Of a stretch of 64,000 nucleotides of DNA, positions 23,171 to 36,608 are shown one piece after another. The position numbers and the translations under genes were made by a program. Origin of the DNA: Hydrolagus affinis (lineage: Eukaryota). The stretch is from contig JAAILG010000768.1 in assembly GCA_012026655.1 (NCBI GenBank), forward strand, positions 1 to 64,000. Direction: 5' to 3'. Below the pieces are notes generated by a model. The model worked only from the letters and a program-made list of their open reading frames with translations. It did not search any database and was not told the DNA's origin. Position 1 is the first letter of the stretch. Each line of letters begins with the position of its first letter.

Positions 23171-24394
23171 ATACTTTTATACATCATGTTTTGTATATTA
23201 ATGATGGCTATAAACTATAAGCCTCGCCTGCTTTTATACTGTGTTTAGAAAATTTAAAATAAAAATGCTTATTACATTATGTAACATAAATGTTCCACAA
23301 GAACAACAACAACTAACAAAATTACATTTATAGAGCGCCTTTCACATCGGGAGGATGTCTCAAGGTGCCCAAGAAAGACATTATTTAATGTGAAAGCTAT
23401 TTAACATGTTCTTCCAATTAATTTCGCAAGAGATATCTAGCTACCTGTAAATGAAAATCAGAATTAAACTCAGAGTAGACTGACAATTGATTTATTTACT
23501 GATACATATGGTTAATTTGTGAAGTTAAAAAAAACATTCTGTAGATCGTTGAATGGACGGTGGACTTTTTCCCTATTCCCTATCACTGAACACTATTTTG
23601 CCTGCAAATAACCTACTCAGAGGTAGAGTTTCAACGAATATTTAACCTGACAGTAAAACACAAGGCAGGGTTAATACAATGTCGTAATAACCATTACTCC
23701 AGTGATGAATAGCTATCCTTCTTTCAGTAGTGGGTTATCTTCCATTTGTCAGGATTTTCCCTCTTCTATCCCACAATGTAAAACTAATTCTCAGAATATG
23801 AATTTATTGCAAGTAAGAGTGATTTGGATGATACCTATATAAACACTTTGACTTCACATTCACTGAAAGTAATTTGCTATCAATACTGACTCACTGTGCA
23901 AATTTACACAATCTATATGATTAATTCAAGAAAATGATTATTATCAGTCAGAAAATCGAGCAGGTTTCCAGATAATACAACTTATCTCAGAATAAACCTG
24001 ACTCTGAAAGTTTCATTTTTATTGTGATTGCTAGATGCTGGATTATACAAATAATGATAACACTAGAGGTTCAGCTGTAATGCTCAAGGAGGTTTCTCAA
24101 TGACAGCCTTGTAGTCTCTCAGTATTCTGCAGACAACACAGATGTTGATTGTATGTCAACTTGTTACTTTTTAAAAATACAGAGTACTAAAACACACAGG
24201 CATTGCCTGTATCACAGCTTTTTGCAAGCTGTGAAATGTCATCATGTTCATCTGCCCACCATGTGGAAAACAGCCAACAAACTAAACAAAGCCAGAATTG
24301 ACTTCTATGAGGTCTATCAAATAAGCAAGTGAGCCATATACAGTTCAAAACGACTGTGACTATTTTGGTGACTATTTTGTCAGTCTCCCCGATA

Positions 24395-24520
24395 ATAAAT
24401 TGTCTGCCGCATTTCGCCCACAAATATACAGTCAATTCACTTTACAGTACATTCTGTGAAGCGCTTTGAGACGTCTAGAAGACACGAAAAGCGCTAAATC
24501 AATAGCAAGTATTATTAGTA
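24395..24520 (+). mobile_element. SINE 3' fragment
   Basis: CTGCCGCATTTCGCCCACAAATATACAGTCAATTCAC... family tail. Confidence 0.8.
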
Positions 24521-25710
24521 TCTAAGAAATTGGACCTAGACCGTACAACCATAATTGGGTTGCTTTGTAGTTCGTTAACACTTATTATCAAGGCCTACAT
24601 GTGAATCATGGGATCTTTGTTCAAGGGAACATAGTGCACTTGTCACCAATTCCAGAAAAATATCTCATTAGAGGATCAAACATCTTCCAGACAGAAGAAA
24701 AGACTAAGTTTGACTGACCTACAATTTTTTTTAAAAAGCAATGTTTACAATGTAGCATTAACTGTCATCAATTGTATTTACTAAAATAACCTAATTTGAA
24801 TCTATAATAAATTGCATCATTGTGCTTCATAGAAAGTGGCTTGTGTTTCGCATTTGTGCAAAATCTCAGCTAGCGCTCAAGAGTTAATTGAGTATTATTA
24901 TTCGTAGTACCACAGATTAGATAAGAGAGGAAATCAGCCACGATTTCCTGTTTCTGATCTCCATGTTAAAGTTTAACATGATTGCCAACTCCACATGAAT
25001 TTTGGAAAAGGCATTTTTTGGTTGTGCCTTGCCAGAGATCTCAGCATTTGAGGAGTTCATTCGCACACAATCTGGATTGTGGTGCACAATGCCAAAATAT
25101 GGCCCATAAGTAATCTTTATTCTAAATCATATGGGAGACAAGAAAACTACCTGCTAAACATTGTTACTTTCAAGTGTCACCCATATGTATTTGCCAAAAT
25201 AACCTATTTTTCCATGTATTCTGTAATCAATCCCAGAATTCTGGGTTGCTTGAGTTGACCAAAGGAAAATCGTGGAGACTCATAAACATATTTGCTTCAA
25301 GAAAACAGCAGGTTCATGAAGGCCAAGGAACATGGAACAAAGCTTTCTTCAACATCATCCCGGGCAGACAAAGATTTGTTTGAAGCAAGCTGTTGGAATT
25401 TTACTAAATTTGATCTAGGTTTGCAGCTGGTGTTTCTAATATATTGAACAGACTGTTGTATGTGACTAGAAAGGCACAAAAGAACTTGAGATTTTGGAGT
25501 TATATTGGAGAAGAGAGAACAGAAAGAGATATAATATAATCAAAATGGATAGACGAACATTAACACGTTGATTCCTATATCAAAGCCACTATATTGATCT
25601 GATCAACCCATTGCAGTGAACTTTACTAACCCATTGTAAGCATTAATTTGATTACTAACACATCATACACATTAATTTTCATGAAAAGTATAACTTTTAA
25701 TACGTATATC

Positions 25711-25853
25711 CTTGCTAAAGATTAAGGGATATGGAGATAAGGCAGATAGGTGGAATTAGATTAGAAGATCAGCCATGATCTTATTGAATGGCGGAGCAGA
25801 CTCAAGGGGCCGAATGGCCTACTCCTGCTCCTAATTCTTATGTTCTTATGTTC
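25711..25853 (+). mobile_element. CR1 3' end
   Basis: GATCAGCCATGATCTTATTGAATGGCGGAGCAGACTCAAGGGGCCGAATGGCCTACTCCTGCTCC followed by (TTCTTATG)2. Confidence 0.8.
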
Positions 25854-25894
25854 ATACTTTACCATAGGATCACAAATATTAAATAATCCTTACA

Positions 25895-26620
25895 GTTTGT
25901 CATCACTCGATTCGACTTTTCAAATGCCCTCTTTGCCGGTCTACACACCTCTGCCGGCTGTGAACTACCCGCACTTAACACCCCCATCACACCAGACCCC
26001 ACTGGCTCCCTATCGCTGAATGAATTGATTTCAAGATCCTCACACTCAGTGTAAAATCCCTTTTTGACACCTCCTTATCTGTGCAACCTACCACCCAACC
26101 CACAACCTGCCTCCTCCGCTCAACTGGCTCTGATTTTCTTCAAGTCCCTTGTACCCTCCGTTTCACCATAGTAATAAAAAAATCCTAGTAAGCTCTCCAA
26201 AAATACGCAATAGTAAAATTGGTCATTTCAACCCACCACTGTTCGTGGGACACGGTTGTGCGCAATTGGCTGCTTTGCCCACAAATATACAGTCAATTCA
26301 CTTTACAGTATATTCTGTGAAGCATTTTGAGACGTCTAGAACACGTGAAAAACGCTATATCGAAATGCAAGTATTATTATTATATTATCATTATTATAGG
26401 CGGACCAGCCACTATGGCCCGAAACTCTGGAACATTCTTCCTCTATCTTTCCGCCTTGCCCCATCCTTCCCCATCTTCAGGTTGAGCTTGAACATCTTCA
26501 ACTTTAACAGTGGCTATTATCACCTCCCCCTTTCATCGTCCCAGGTCATGCTCCTTTAGGCCATGTCAATTGTGATTGCTAGCATTGGTAGCTTCACCTG
26601 TGGTCCACCTGAGGTTATAT
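25895..26620 (+). mobile_element. L2 3' fragment with nested 5'-truncated SINE (~26170-26397)
   Basis: FVITRFDFSNALFAGL and HWLP remnants; the SINE Deu region and tail sit between CACCATAG and GCGGACC of the L2. Confidence 0.7.
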
Positions 26621-26624
26621 AAGT

Positions 26625-26706
26625 CAGGGATGGCCAACTTGTGGCCTACAGGCTACATTATGTGAGCGTAGAATATTCACGCTGGCCACAAGTTGATCAT
26701 TACCTG
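26625..26706. mobile_element. 82-bp hAT-Charlie-like MITE
   Basis: CAGGGATGGCCAACTTGTGGCC ... GGCCACAAGTTGATCATTACCTG inverted termini; TSD only partly matching (ATAT). Confidence 0.55.
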
Positions 26707-26715
26707 ATATGTCAT

Positions 26716-27016
26716 GGAGTCCTACAGCTCAATGGTTAGAGCGCTCGCCTTACAAGCAAGAATCCTGGGTTCAATCCTAGGCAGGATGAAACTTTAAGTA
26801 AATTCCCTTACTCAAATGCCTGATCATAATCCCTAAAAGAATAATAAATTGGTCATTTCAATCAATGACTGTTTGTGAGACACTGCTGGTTGCAATTGAC
26901 TGCCGCATTTCACCCACATATATACAGTCAATTCGCTTTATAATATATTCTGCGAAGTGCTTTGAGACGTCTAGAAGACATGAAAAGCACTATATCAAAT
27001 GCAAGGATTATTGTTA
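26716..27016 (+). mobile_element. Full-length SINE
   Basis: GGAGTCCTACAGCTCAATGGTTAGAGC head, GGTTCAATCC B box, Deu region, tail. Confidence 0.88.
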
Positions 27017-28291
27017 TGTCTAATCATTGGCTGTATGTGGAACATTGCTTCGATCAAATTGATAGCCCCATTCATCTCTGATTACACCATTACTACATTT
27101 TACAATCCTCTGAAGCATTATTATTAATAATAATGGTTGTTATTATTAAATAATATAGAAGCTGGTGGGCTTCTGGGAAAGAAATACAATTCACAACATC
27201 AGGAAAGCAGTCCAACTACCTCATATCCACCCAATCTGTTCACCTGCAATTAATCTTTTTTGAGCAACATTGTTTACAGCATGAAATGGACAATGTTATT
27301 GTCACAAATTCATGAGAATGTAAACTGGCACCTGTTAGAAGTACATTTTTGTTTAAATAATAATATATAATAAAAATAATAGCCGACACATAGTTTCATT
27401 AACTGTGGCAATAAATCACATGAGAACCGAGAGGCATTAACTGGAATTAAATGGGTTGCCGACCCCTCCTATTAAATACTGCCAATGCTCCATTGTGGAG
27501 CAAGCATATATTAAAATATAAAGCTTGCAATGTGCTCGGGCAGGTGAATAAAACAAATCAAACAAAATGTGTTCCCTTGTCTCGATAAATTATTCAAAAC
27601 GTAGTTGGTACTCAATAACAAAACATTCAATGATAAAACACTGCAGGCTTCTAATTGAAATTTCTGTTGACAACATCTTTACTTACCCGTCATTTGGAGG
27701 AACTTTTGTCTTTTAAAGTAATGCAAAAGATGCTATGATCCTTGTTGCCCAAGAGGATTTAAAAACAATGTGAAGCATACTTCACTCAGTTTCTTTTATC
27801 CTGACACTAATTAATGCCCAATTTGACAGGGCTTAGATAAAAGATGCCTCTTCATGCAGTAGTATTCTCCAGCCTCATTCCTCGGCATTCTTTACTGTGT
27901 CTATCATCACCATTAGAGTCCTTGGAAGTTTAACATGCTGAGGTGCCATGCCATCATTTCAATCCAAACAACAATTGAGCAAGCACAAATGAATTAAGTG
28001 ATTCAAAGCATGCATGGGGATCTCAACTATCATTCCCATCTTGTCCTCACCTAAAACATTATCCAGAAAGTAACTATTGCCGCCTTCCACCTTTCCGTCT
28101 GTTTCTCGTGGTTGTATAGGAACAAGTGGAACCACTTTCTATGAATTAATTTACATATCTCATAAGCATCAGCTCCCTTGGAATGGAATGCATAGGATAG
28201 CATTACATTCATGACTCACACAATGTACAGATCCCACAGAGTATTCTGTAATAAGCTCTGAACAACGAAAACAGATGTTTCAGGTATATTT

Positions 28292-28650
28292 AACAACAAC
28301 TTTGATTTATATAGCGCTCTCCACCTTGGACGGCGTCTCAGAGCACTTCACAATAGCAGATCCGGGGACTGAGCCAGGGGCGGGGTAGAAAGGTGACCAA
28401 AGGCGTGGTCGAAGAGAAAGGTCTTCAGCTGGGACCTGAAACTGAGAAGAGAGTGGGCGAGGCAAAGGTAGTCAGGAAGGGAATTCCAGAGCCTCAGGGA
28501 ATAGTGGCTGAAGGCACGGCCGCCGAGGGTGGAGCGGAGGAATCGGGGAACATGGAGGAGGCCAGGCCCAGTGGAGTGAAGGTGCTGGTTTGAGGAGAGA
28601 GGAGGTCAGAGAGGTAGGGGAGTGCAGAGGAGTGGAGGGATTTGAAGACA
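28292..28650 (-). mobile_element. L2 3' fragment
   Basis: AACAACAACTTTGATTTATATAGCGCTC tail followed by purine-rich antisense of L2 ORF2 end. Confidence 0.8.
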
Positions 28651-30369
28651 TTTAAGCCACGTGTTTACAAAATTCTGTTTTTTGCTTTATTGTGCAGAAT
28701 ACTGTAAATTTACTGCATTCATTCCTTTGAAAGCTTTATTTAGGGCACCACTACTCAGCAGAGAATGGTTGCAGTACTTTACAATGATGTCTTGTCAACA
28801 AGGATCAGGATGGACATGAACAATACCATACATTTGTGGTAGAGGATCACAGCAAGTGCTGAGTGGCTGTCAGTGAATTACAAAACAGTAGTGGTGGGAT
28901 AGTTGAGCCGGTTAGACTTCCAAGGACATAATGGTATGATGTACATTTTCACCCACAATTCCAAAAGTTCTGATTCCCAATCTTAGCATTACCTTATAAG
29001 GTAGTTAGGGAACATAGTGAGGAAACATTGTAGGGATGTTGCAATGCATTCCTTTATGTTTGTTGATCCAGTGGCACTGGCAATGCTAGAATCATATCAT
29101 GTGCCTGCACTCCTAGGCCAGCAATAACATGCAAGTAAAGAGAGATCGACAAAATGAAAATGAAATATTTGCAAACCAGATTTTGTTTTACTCACAGAAA
29201 ATGCAAGTTTCACCCCCACCCCCCACCCCCTCCCACCACCACCTTCCTCTGTCAATTGATTTCATGTGGAAGGACAGATAAGAGGGTATCCGTGGAATTG
29301 AACTGGCTCCAAGGTGACATGGAATACTAGAATAGAGCCGTCTCTTAGCAGCAGGACCTGGAAAGGCAGACTAGCTACTGGAAGTAGGGATTCATCCCAC
29401 TCAGCTCCTGTTAACCCTGAAAGTTGAAGCATCAATTGATTATGCTAGCCTGTAATAAGCAAGATAAGCAAATACAGTAGTGAGATTACACCTGTGAAGA
29501 ATTACACAGTACGTAGAGTTGAAGCACTTGGAGAGGTCTAGAAGACTTGATAAGCACTATATCAAATACAAGGATTGTTATTATTTTATTATAGTTGCTA
29601 GAGTCAGGTGTATTCAGCGTAAATCACATACAGGAAACTGACTTACTATAAATTTGTAATAAGCCAAGAAAATGGTAGAATTGGAATGGAAGTTCACAAT
29701 GGGTCAACCACCAGAGGAATGATGAATGGTTAATGCAAAGTTCTATCTAAATTATTAAGTTTTCCTCTTCCAGATGCTGATCCACATGCTGGGCATTTGC
29801 AGCATTTTCTTGTGTATGCTTTAGATTTTCAGTGTCCACAGTTTTCCTGTTGAACTGATATGATTTCCTTGTGTCAAGACAAACACAGATAAACCATGGG
29901 ATTCCTTTGTTAAGAACACTGCACAGCTAAATAATACACAGGTTTGAGCCAAAGAACATGGGAAAGCAGGCGTGGCTTTGTTTATCTGAGTTCTGTTAAT
30001 AGTACCATACTTTGACAACCCTCTTTTTGTGTAAACTGTTATTTAATATCTAACATCCTGTAATCAGATTCCAATGTGTAAATGTCTGTGGCAGATTGGG
30101 ACCTCAAATCTAAAATGTAATTCCTTAAAGAATCCAGAAGTGTGTCACACTGACTTGTGGGAAATCTCCCATATGATTTACTAAAGAGAGGATTTCCCAC
30201 GAGCCAGTGCAGTTTCAGTTATTGAATCCCCCACTCAGGCTCCAAACACCATACAGTACTTCACTGCAATTTGAGATTCTGCAAAGATTCTTGATTATCA
30301 GCCTTGCACTTTGAGGATTTCCAATGATCCTCAAATACATAAATGTTATCATTATTATTATGTTGGTGC

Positions 30370-30770
30370 AGCAACAACAACAACAAAATTACATTACTAG
30401 AGCACTTTTCACATCGGGAGGAGGTCCCAAGGGCTGAACAATCAGGTCAGGACCCGAGCAGTTGGGTGGTCGGAGTAGGGGGAAGGAGAGTAGGAGAGGA
30501 GGAAGAGTTAGGAGGGGAGCAGAAGGCACGGTTGAAGAGGAAGCTCTTGAGACCGCGGTGCCTTGAAGGAGGAAAGGGAGGAGGTGAGGTGAAGGGATTG
30601 CGGGATGGAGTTCCATAGTGTGGGAGCAGAGAGGCAGAAAGCCAGGCCGCTGATGGTAGGGCGGTGGACGCAGAGCAGGCCAGAGCCTGCTGAACAAAGT
30701 GGACGGGCACGCTGATAGGGAGTCGGCAGGTCAGAGAGATAGGCGGGGGCAAAACCGTGAATGGTGCAGT
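30370..30770 (-). mobile_element. L2 3' fragment
   Basis: (CAA)n AATTACATT tail; antisense homologue of 1755-2134 and 16700-16984. Confidence 0.85.
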
Positions 30771-30913
30771 GTATGAGCTGAACCTAGACTCACCAGGGAT
30801 GCTGTTATGAGATGCACCACTTTTGCATGAAGGCCTTCGTAAACTATAAATCACGAGGAATTCTGTTTAAAATTGCCTTCATTAATGAATTCCATTTGGG
30901 ATCACCATTTTAT

Positions 30914-31228
30914 GAAGTCCTGTAACTCAGTGGTTAGAGCACTCGCTTTACAAGTGTGAGACCTGTGTTCAAATCCAGGCAGGTCAGGGTGAAACCTTGG
31001 GAAAGTTTCCTTATTCCACACACCTAATAATAATCCCTCTAAAAACAAACAATAATAAAATTTGTCATTCAATTCATGACTATTTGTTGGGATACTGCTG
31101 TGCACAATTGATTGCTGCATTTCGCCCACAAATATATAGTGAATTCACTTTACAGTATATTCTGTGAAGCGCTTTGAACGTCTAGAAGACATGAAAAGCA
31201 CTTTATCAAATGCAAGGATTATTATTAT
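30914..31228 (+). mobile_element. Full-length SINE
   Basis: A box TAACTCAGTGG, B box GTTCAAATCC, Deu region, (ATT)n tail. Confidence 0.9.
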
Positions 31229-31909
31229 TTATAGATCTTAATAGTTACATTCCAGAAGTCAAATTGGAGGAAAATACACTGTTGTTCTAATATATTGCAC
31301 AGTAAATTAACAATCAATTCGCACTACAATTATAGTAGAAAATGCAAAATAATTTTTGACTAGCCTTAGCAAATAACGTTTTATATCCCATTTGTAGGAA
31401 TAATAGTTCCATCCATAGATGACTTTGCTATGAATTAGAAATACAATAGGTGTCATTACTGGTTTCTAGAACACGTATTTTCCAATCTTGGCTAAATGTA
31501 AATGTACATCTTTTGGATTTTCCGCTGTTCGGTAAATTTAAGTAATTTTATGATCATAAGTTTATGCCGTCAAGAGTCAATAAATCCAGCGACCTGTGAA
31601 AAATAAGCAATGCTCACCTTTCAATGTCAGTCAATGTATCAAGTGTTACCCTAAAGTCAAAGACAATGCTACCATGTTTCAGCTTTGCTGGTAGTTTGGG
31701 ATAATTTGTATCCATTCCATAATGTCTAATTGGAATATCTAACATTTAGTAGACTCATAAGATAATAATAAAATTAGAATAATGAGTCACTTGATAATAT
31801 GACTTTTCTAAAATATTCTTACTGTTTCTACCTTACTGCAGAAAGGCTAAGCTCTTGCTTTGTTGGTACACAGCAGTAATATATTAAAAAATTAAATATA
31901 TAAAATAAC

Positions 31910-32080
31910 ATTTGGTCACTCAATCATCACTGTTTGTGGGACACTGCTGTGCACAACAATGGCTGTCACATTTTGCCTACAAAAGATACAGTCAATGCAT
32001 TTTACATCATATTCTGTGAAGTACTTTGAGATGTCTAAAAGATAGTATAAAGTGTTGTATCAAATGCAAAGATTATTATT
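31910..32080 (+). mobile_element. 5'-truncated SINE
   Basis: GTTTGTGGGACACTGCTGTGCAC...AAATGCAAAGATTATTATT. Confidence 0.75.
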
Positions 32081-33034
32081 TAAATAACGCAATGGGACTT
32101 TGTCCACTGTTTTGTGAAATAATGGCTGTTGCAAAATAGAGGAACTCAATTCCTGATAATAATAATAATAATTCTTGCATTTCATATATACAATGTCCTA
32201 TGTTGAACAAGCTGAACAAGCTCAATGGATGTAACGAAATAACTGCACTTTAATTTAAAAGACCTATTAAAAAAAAGTGCCTAAACACAAGCCACTTAAT
32301 ACTACTACAATGTGTTGGAATTTAAATAGATCACTATTATGCAATAATCTAACCTTTTCAAATGTTAATTTATCAAATGCAATGCCATCCCATAATGTGA
32401 CAGACTTTTGTGACCATTAATTGTTTAATCTAATAAATATTGCACATCAATCAAATAGTAATTAATCTATCAAGATAGAATACAAATACAGCAACAGTGC
32501 TGCCAGAAGAAAAGCTTGTGCCATAACACATCTTACCCAATGTAAAACTGTCAACAACTCTATCCATCAGCACAAAGAGAAACATCCAAAGACTTGGGGA
32601 GGTTTTGCAGTATTATTCCACCAGCAATTCATATTTAAAACATGGCTAGATAGAGATTTCCTTGTGACCTTAAAAGTACTGCACTTTTTAAAAATATGTT
32701 TTATTATAAATAATGGATTTTTTCATAAACCATAGTGTGTTCATGTGTGACGGGAAGTTTGGTCGGTTGTGGGGGGGGTGTGGGGTTAGATGCACACCAC
32801 AATGATTTTTTAATGAATACCTATGGTGGGTCGTAATCCTGTAATTTTTACTCCTATATTATCTTGTTCTGTTACCGATCAAGACAAACAGTCATGTGAA
32901 TCCTCCCTGGCCATCTTCAGTGTCACCTCCAGTATCACTCCATAGTTATGTTTGGAGTGTGGAGGGATTTGCTCTTGTTTTCGGGCACTGGCAGCATCAT
33001 CCTCTGTGGTTGCACAATCCACGTCACCAAGCCA

Positions 33035-33990
33035 GTCAGTAATTTAGGTGTCTTGTTCGATCCTTAACTGTGTTTTCCACATCCATGCCATGATCCGCTC
33101 TGTCTCCTATCACCTCTGCAACATTGCCCGACTCCATCACTACCTTAGCTCTCAGGACACTTGAACTCATGCATTCATCACGTCAAGGCTCAACTATGCC
33201 AATGCCTTGCTTTCCAGCCTTCCCAACCCCTCCCTTCATAGGTTGCAGATCATCCAGAACTTTGTAGCTCATTTTCTCTCCTGCATCAAGCTCTGCGACC
33301 CTATCTCCCCCATTCTCACCTGACTTCATTGGCTTCCCATCATTCAGAGGATTCAATTCAGGAACCTGGTCCTCACCTTTAAAGTCCTCCATGGCTTACC
33401 CCACTCTACCTCAGTGTCCTCCTAACCTCCTACCAATCTGTCTGCTCCCTCCACTCAGCGGGCTCCGGTCTACTCCATATCTCCCGACCCACCTGACCCA
33501 CATAGGTGGGCGAGGCTTCAGCCACTCTGCCTCAACCTGTGGAACTCCATCCCACAATCCCTCTACCTTGCACACCCCCCCGGCGTCCTTAAAGTTCTGC
33601 CTCATGACCTTCCTCGTCAACCATGCAATCGGTCACCCCCACTTCCCCTCCCTTCCTTCCACCCTCCTCAATCTAAGCTCAAGTCCGAAACATCGACTGC
33701 CCAGCACCTTGGGACGTGCTCCTGACATGGAAAGCTTTATACAGTAAAAGCCCATTTATCTGGTTACCCTCGGGACCTGGCCAATGCCGGTTAAAGCGCC
33801 TGCTGGATATTCGGCCGAAAACGTAAAAAAAAATTAAAAAAAAATTTCAATGCATTTTTCCAGATAAATTCTGGTTAATCGAATGTGGACCTTTTTTTTT
33901 GCGATGCCGGTTATACGGAAGTTACGGTTGATCGGGTGCCGGATAAACGGGCTTTTACTGTATCAATGTAATTTTATTGTTCTTGTTGAC
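33035..33990 (+). mobile_element. L2 3' fragment with a MITE inserted in its tail
   Basis: NLGVLFDP, HLCNIARL, HAFITSRLNYANALL and LHWLP remnants; tail split at the TA of 33740-33741. Confidence 0.85.
33742..33960. mobile_element. Complete Tigger-type MITE, 219 bp
   Basis: TA|CAGTAAAAGCCCATTTATCTGG ... CCGGATAAACGGGCTTTTACTG|TA. Confidence 0.88.
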
Positions 33991-35764
33991 AATGTTGATC
34001 TCAGACTTTGTAGATGACAACCCAACTTCAGTAGATATGAAACGTATACATGCATACATAGCATCGCTGTCCATATATAGTACTCCACTATATGCTGCAT
34101 TGAAGCTCTCTCAATTGTTCTCAGCATTCAGAAAATACATACAAGTACATTTTTTACAGGAGTAAGGAATTAAGCAGATGAATTTGGAAGGTGAAATTAT
34201 TAACATTGTGTAAAATTTGTTCAGTGTAAAATATTTCTTCCTCCCCCTAGATTGTCTGCCCTCAGATTCTAGCCTCCCGGTGGGTTTCTAATTATCTATA
34301 TGAAATGCTTTGAGATGTTCTCCGGATGTGAAAGGCACTGTATAAATGTAAATTATCATTGGGATATAGTAAGACTTTTAAAAATGGTAACTTTAAAAGT
34401 GACAACAGTCATTTCTTCAATGTTGTTCAATATATGCATAGAATCTCTGTAAAAGTGTCAAAGTGCATAATAACATGCATGATTTATTACAGCAAAACAC
34501 CATTTAAAAACATCTGTGGCCTTTGCAGTAAACCCTGTTTTGAAAATACAACTGTATCACCGTGTATAAAAAATCTGAGTTCAAGGGTGCTCCACATCTA
34601 TATTTCTCAACATGACCCAATCCAACATGTTCATGTTCCCCTAACGTGACCCAACCCTACATGTGCCTCTCAGGCCATTTGTTCTGACCCTCTTGTGCTA
34701 ATTTAGACTTGACTGTATCAGGTCAATACATTATAACTCAATGCCTAATACTGGAACATTCTAACCATGTGTAATCTGCAAAAGCCTGCACGTATCTTTC
34801 GGTGAATATATCAGCACATATTAAATGGATTGTTTGGTTCCACTTGATAGTACTTGCATACCTTGAAAAAGTTATGAAATCAGTTTCACTGCAAAGTTTT
34901 TTTTATAAGATATACGCATAAGCACACAGACGAGCCCATGTGAATAAATGCATATTCACACACATGCATCTTTGAACACATACACACACATACAAAAAAA
35001 ATTTGGTTCCTGATCTGACTAAACAAGGATGTCACTGTAACTGGAATACAAAGCACACTCCAGTAAATGAAATGTAACAGCATGTGCTATAATCAATAAC
35101 AATATAATATTCTTCCCTAAATAATGATACAATAGCACCAGTCTGTTGAGGGGGGATGAATAATTCAGCAGATGGCTCTACAGTACTCCAGTTTATGCCT
35201 AAAGCCCTTCTACTTAACAAAATATCCAGCACTGCAGGCACTGAACATTCGGTTGCGTCTCACTGTGTGATAGTGGGTGGAAAAGCTATCTGTCATACAC
35301 TTTAAATCAATATTGTAAAAGCCATAAACTCCAACACAATGAAAATGAAAACTACTCGAAGTCACAAACATACAAAAACGAATGGATGCATAATGTAACC
35401 CTTAATGTAGCCATTGTCTACTAAAATCTGGAATTAAGTTTTCTGCACAAGATTGGAGGATCACAAGATTATTTCGGAGGAAGAAGGGCCTTCACCCTAC
35501 CTGATTTCTCATACTTCCAGAATACCGACCAATACTGTCCTCCCATCATAGCTTCAAATTACTTTTTAAATGAATCTAGTGTCCACCCTTTCTGGCAACC
35601 TGTTCCCATCATTCATTACCATACTGGTAAATAAAAACTTCCTGGTATCTGTGCTAAAAATAGCCTTTGTAATCCTAAACCTGGACTATGTAAGCACGTG
35701 ACTAAAATAATTCAACTGGATTTGCAAACAAAACAAGATAGTCTGGTATCACAGGTATTGTGTA

Positions 35765-36608
35765 CAGGTATCCCGCCCCAACCGCGGTCTCATCAACCAC
35801 GAAACTCATGCATCCACGGTTTGCTTAATGCGACAACCCTCGCAAACTGCGGCAATGCGTTTTGCGCATCTGCAATTTAATTCCATGGATTTAAATTTTC
35901 AAGTTTCACTCTTCCAAAAAAGGGATCGCCTTCATCCGCATATTGGTGCGTTTTTTTAATTTGTTGCTTCTCTGCAGCCTAGCTAGTAAGTTTGGGAGCA
36001 TTGGCTGCCAGGATCTGCATCCTCTGTGTGTGTGTGTTAGTATATCTCTCTCTGACTCACCTTCTCTCTATTGCACCTTCTCTTCCCCCACCCCCACTCC
36101 CCCCACTCTCCACACCCCACCCTTCTCTTTCACCTTCTCTCTCTGACTCACCTTCTCTTCCACCCACCACACCTTCTCCGTTGATTTCTCTCTCTCTCTG
36201 TCTGTAGATCAGTCAGACAACCCCCACCGCTTTTCCAACCCACACCCCTCCTCCACCCCACCCCACCCCACCCCTCCGTGTCTCTCTCTCTCTGTCTCTG
36301 TGTAAGTCAGTCAGACAGCCTCGGGGATTGTTGCAGATCCTGGCAGCCAATGCGCCCAAACTTACTCCCCCTATCACCATGTATGTTACAACTGTATGTG
36401 ATTTTTTTGTGTTTCGTTTTACTAAATGCGAACTTACTCTCCGTATCCCCATGTTTCCCATAGGGCCCTGCATTTCCCAATCGTGAAAAAGCAAACATAC
36501 TCCCCCTATCCCCATGTCTCCCCTAGGGCCCTGTATTTTCCAACTGCAATTTTACCAACCACGGAGGTTTACAGGAACGTATCCCCAGCGGGTGGGAAGG
36601 GATACCTG
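35765..36608 (+). mobile_element. Non-autonomous Tigger/pogo-type element, 844 bp, copy 1
   Basis: TA|CAGGTATCCC ... GGGATACCTG|TA; subterminal AACCGCGG repeats; internal ~62-bp tandem duplication and CT/C-rich tracts. Confidence 0.8.
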
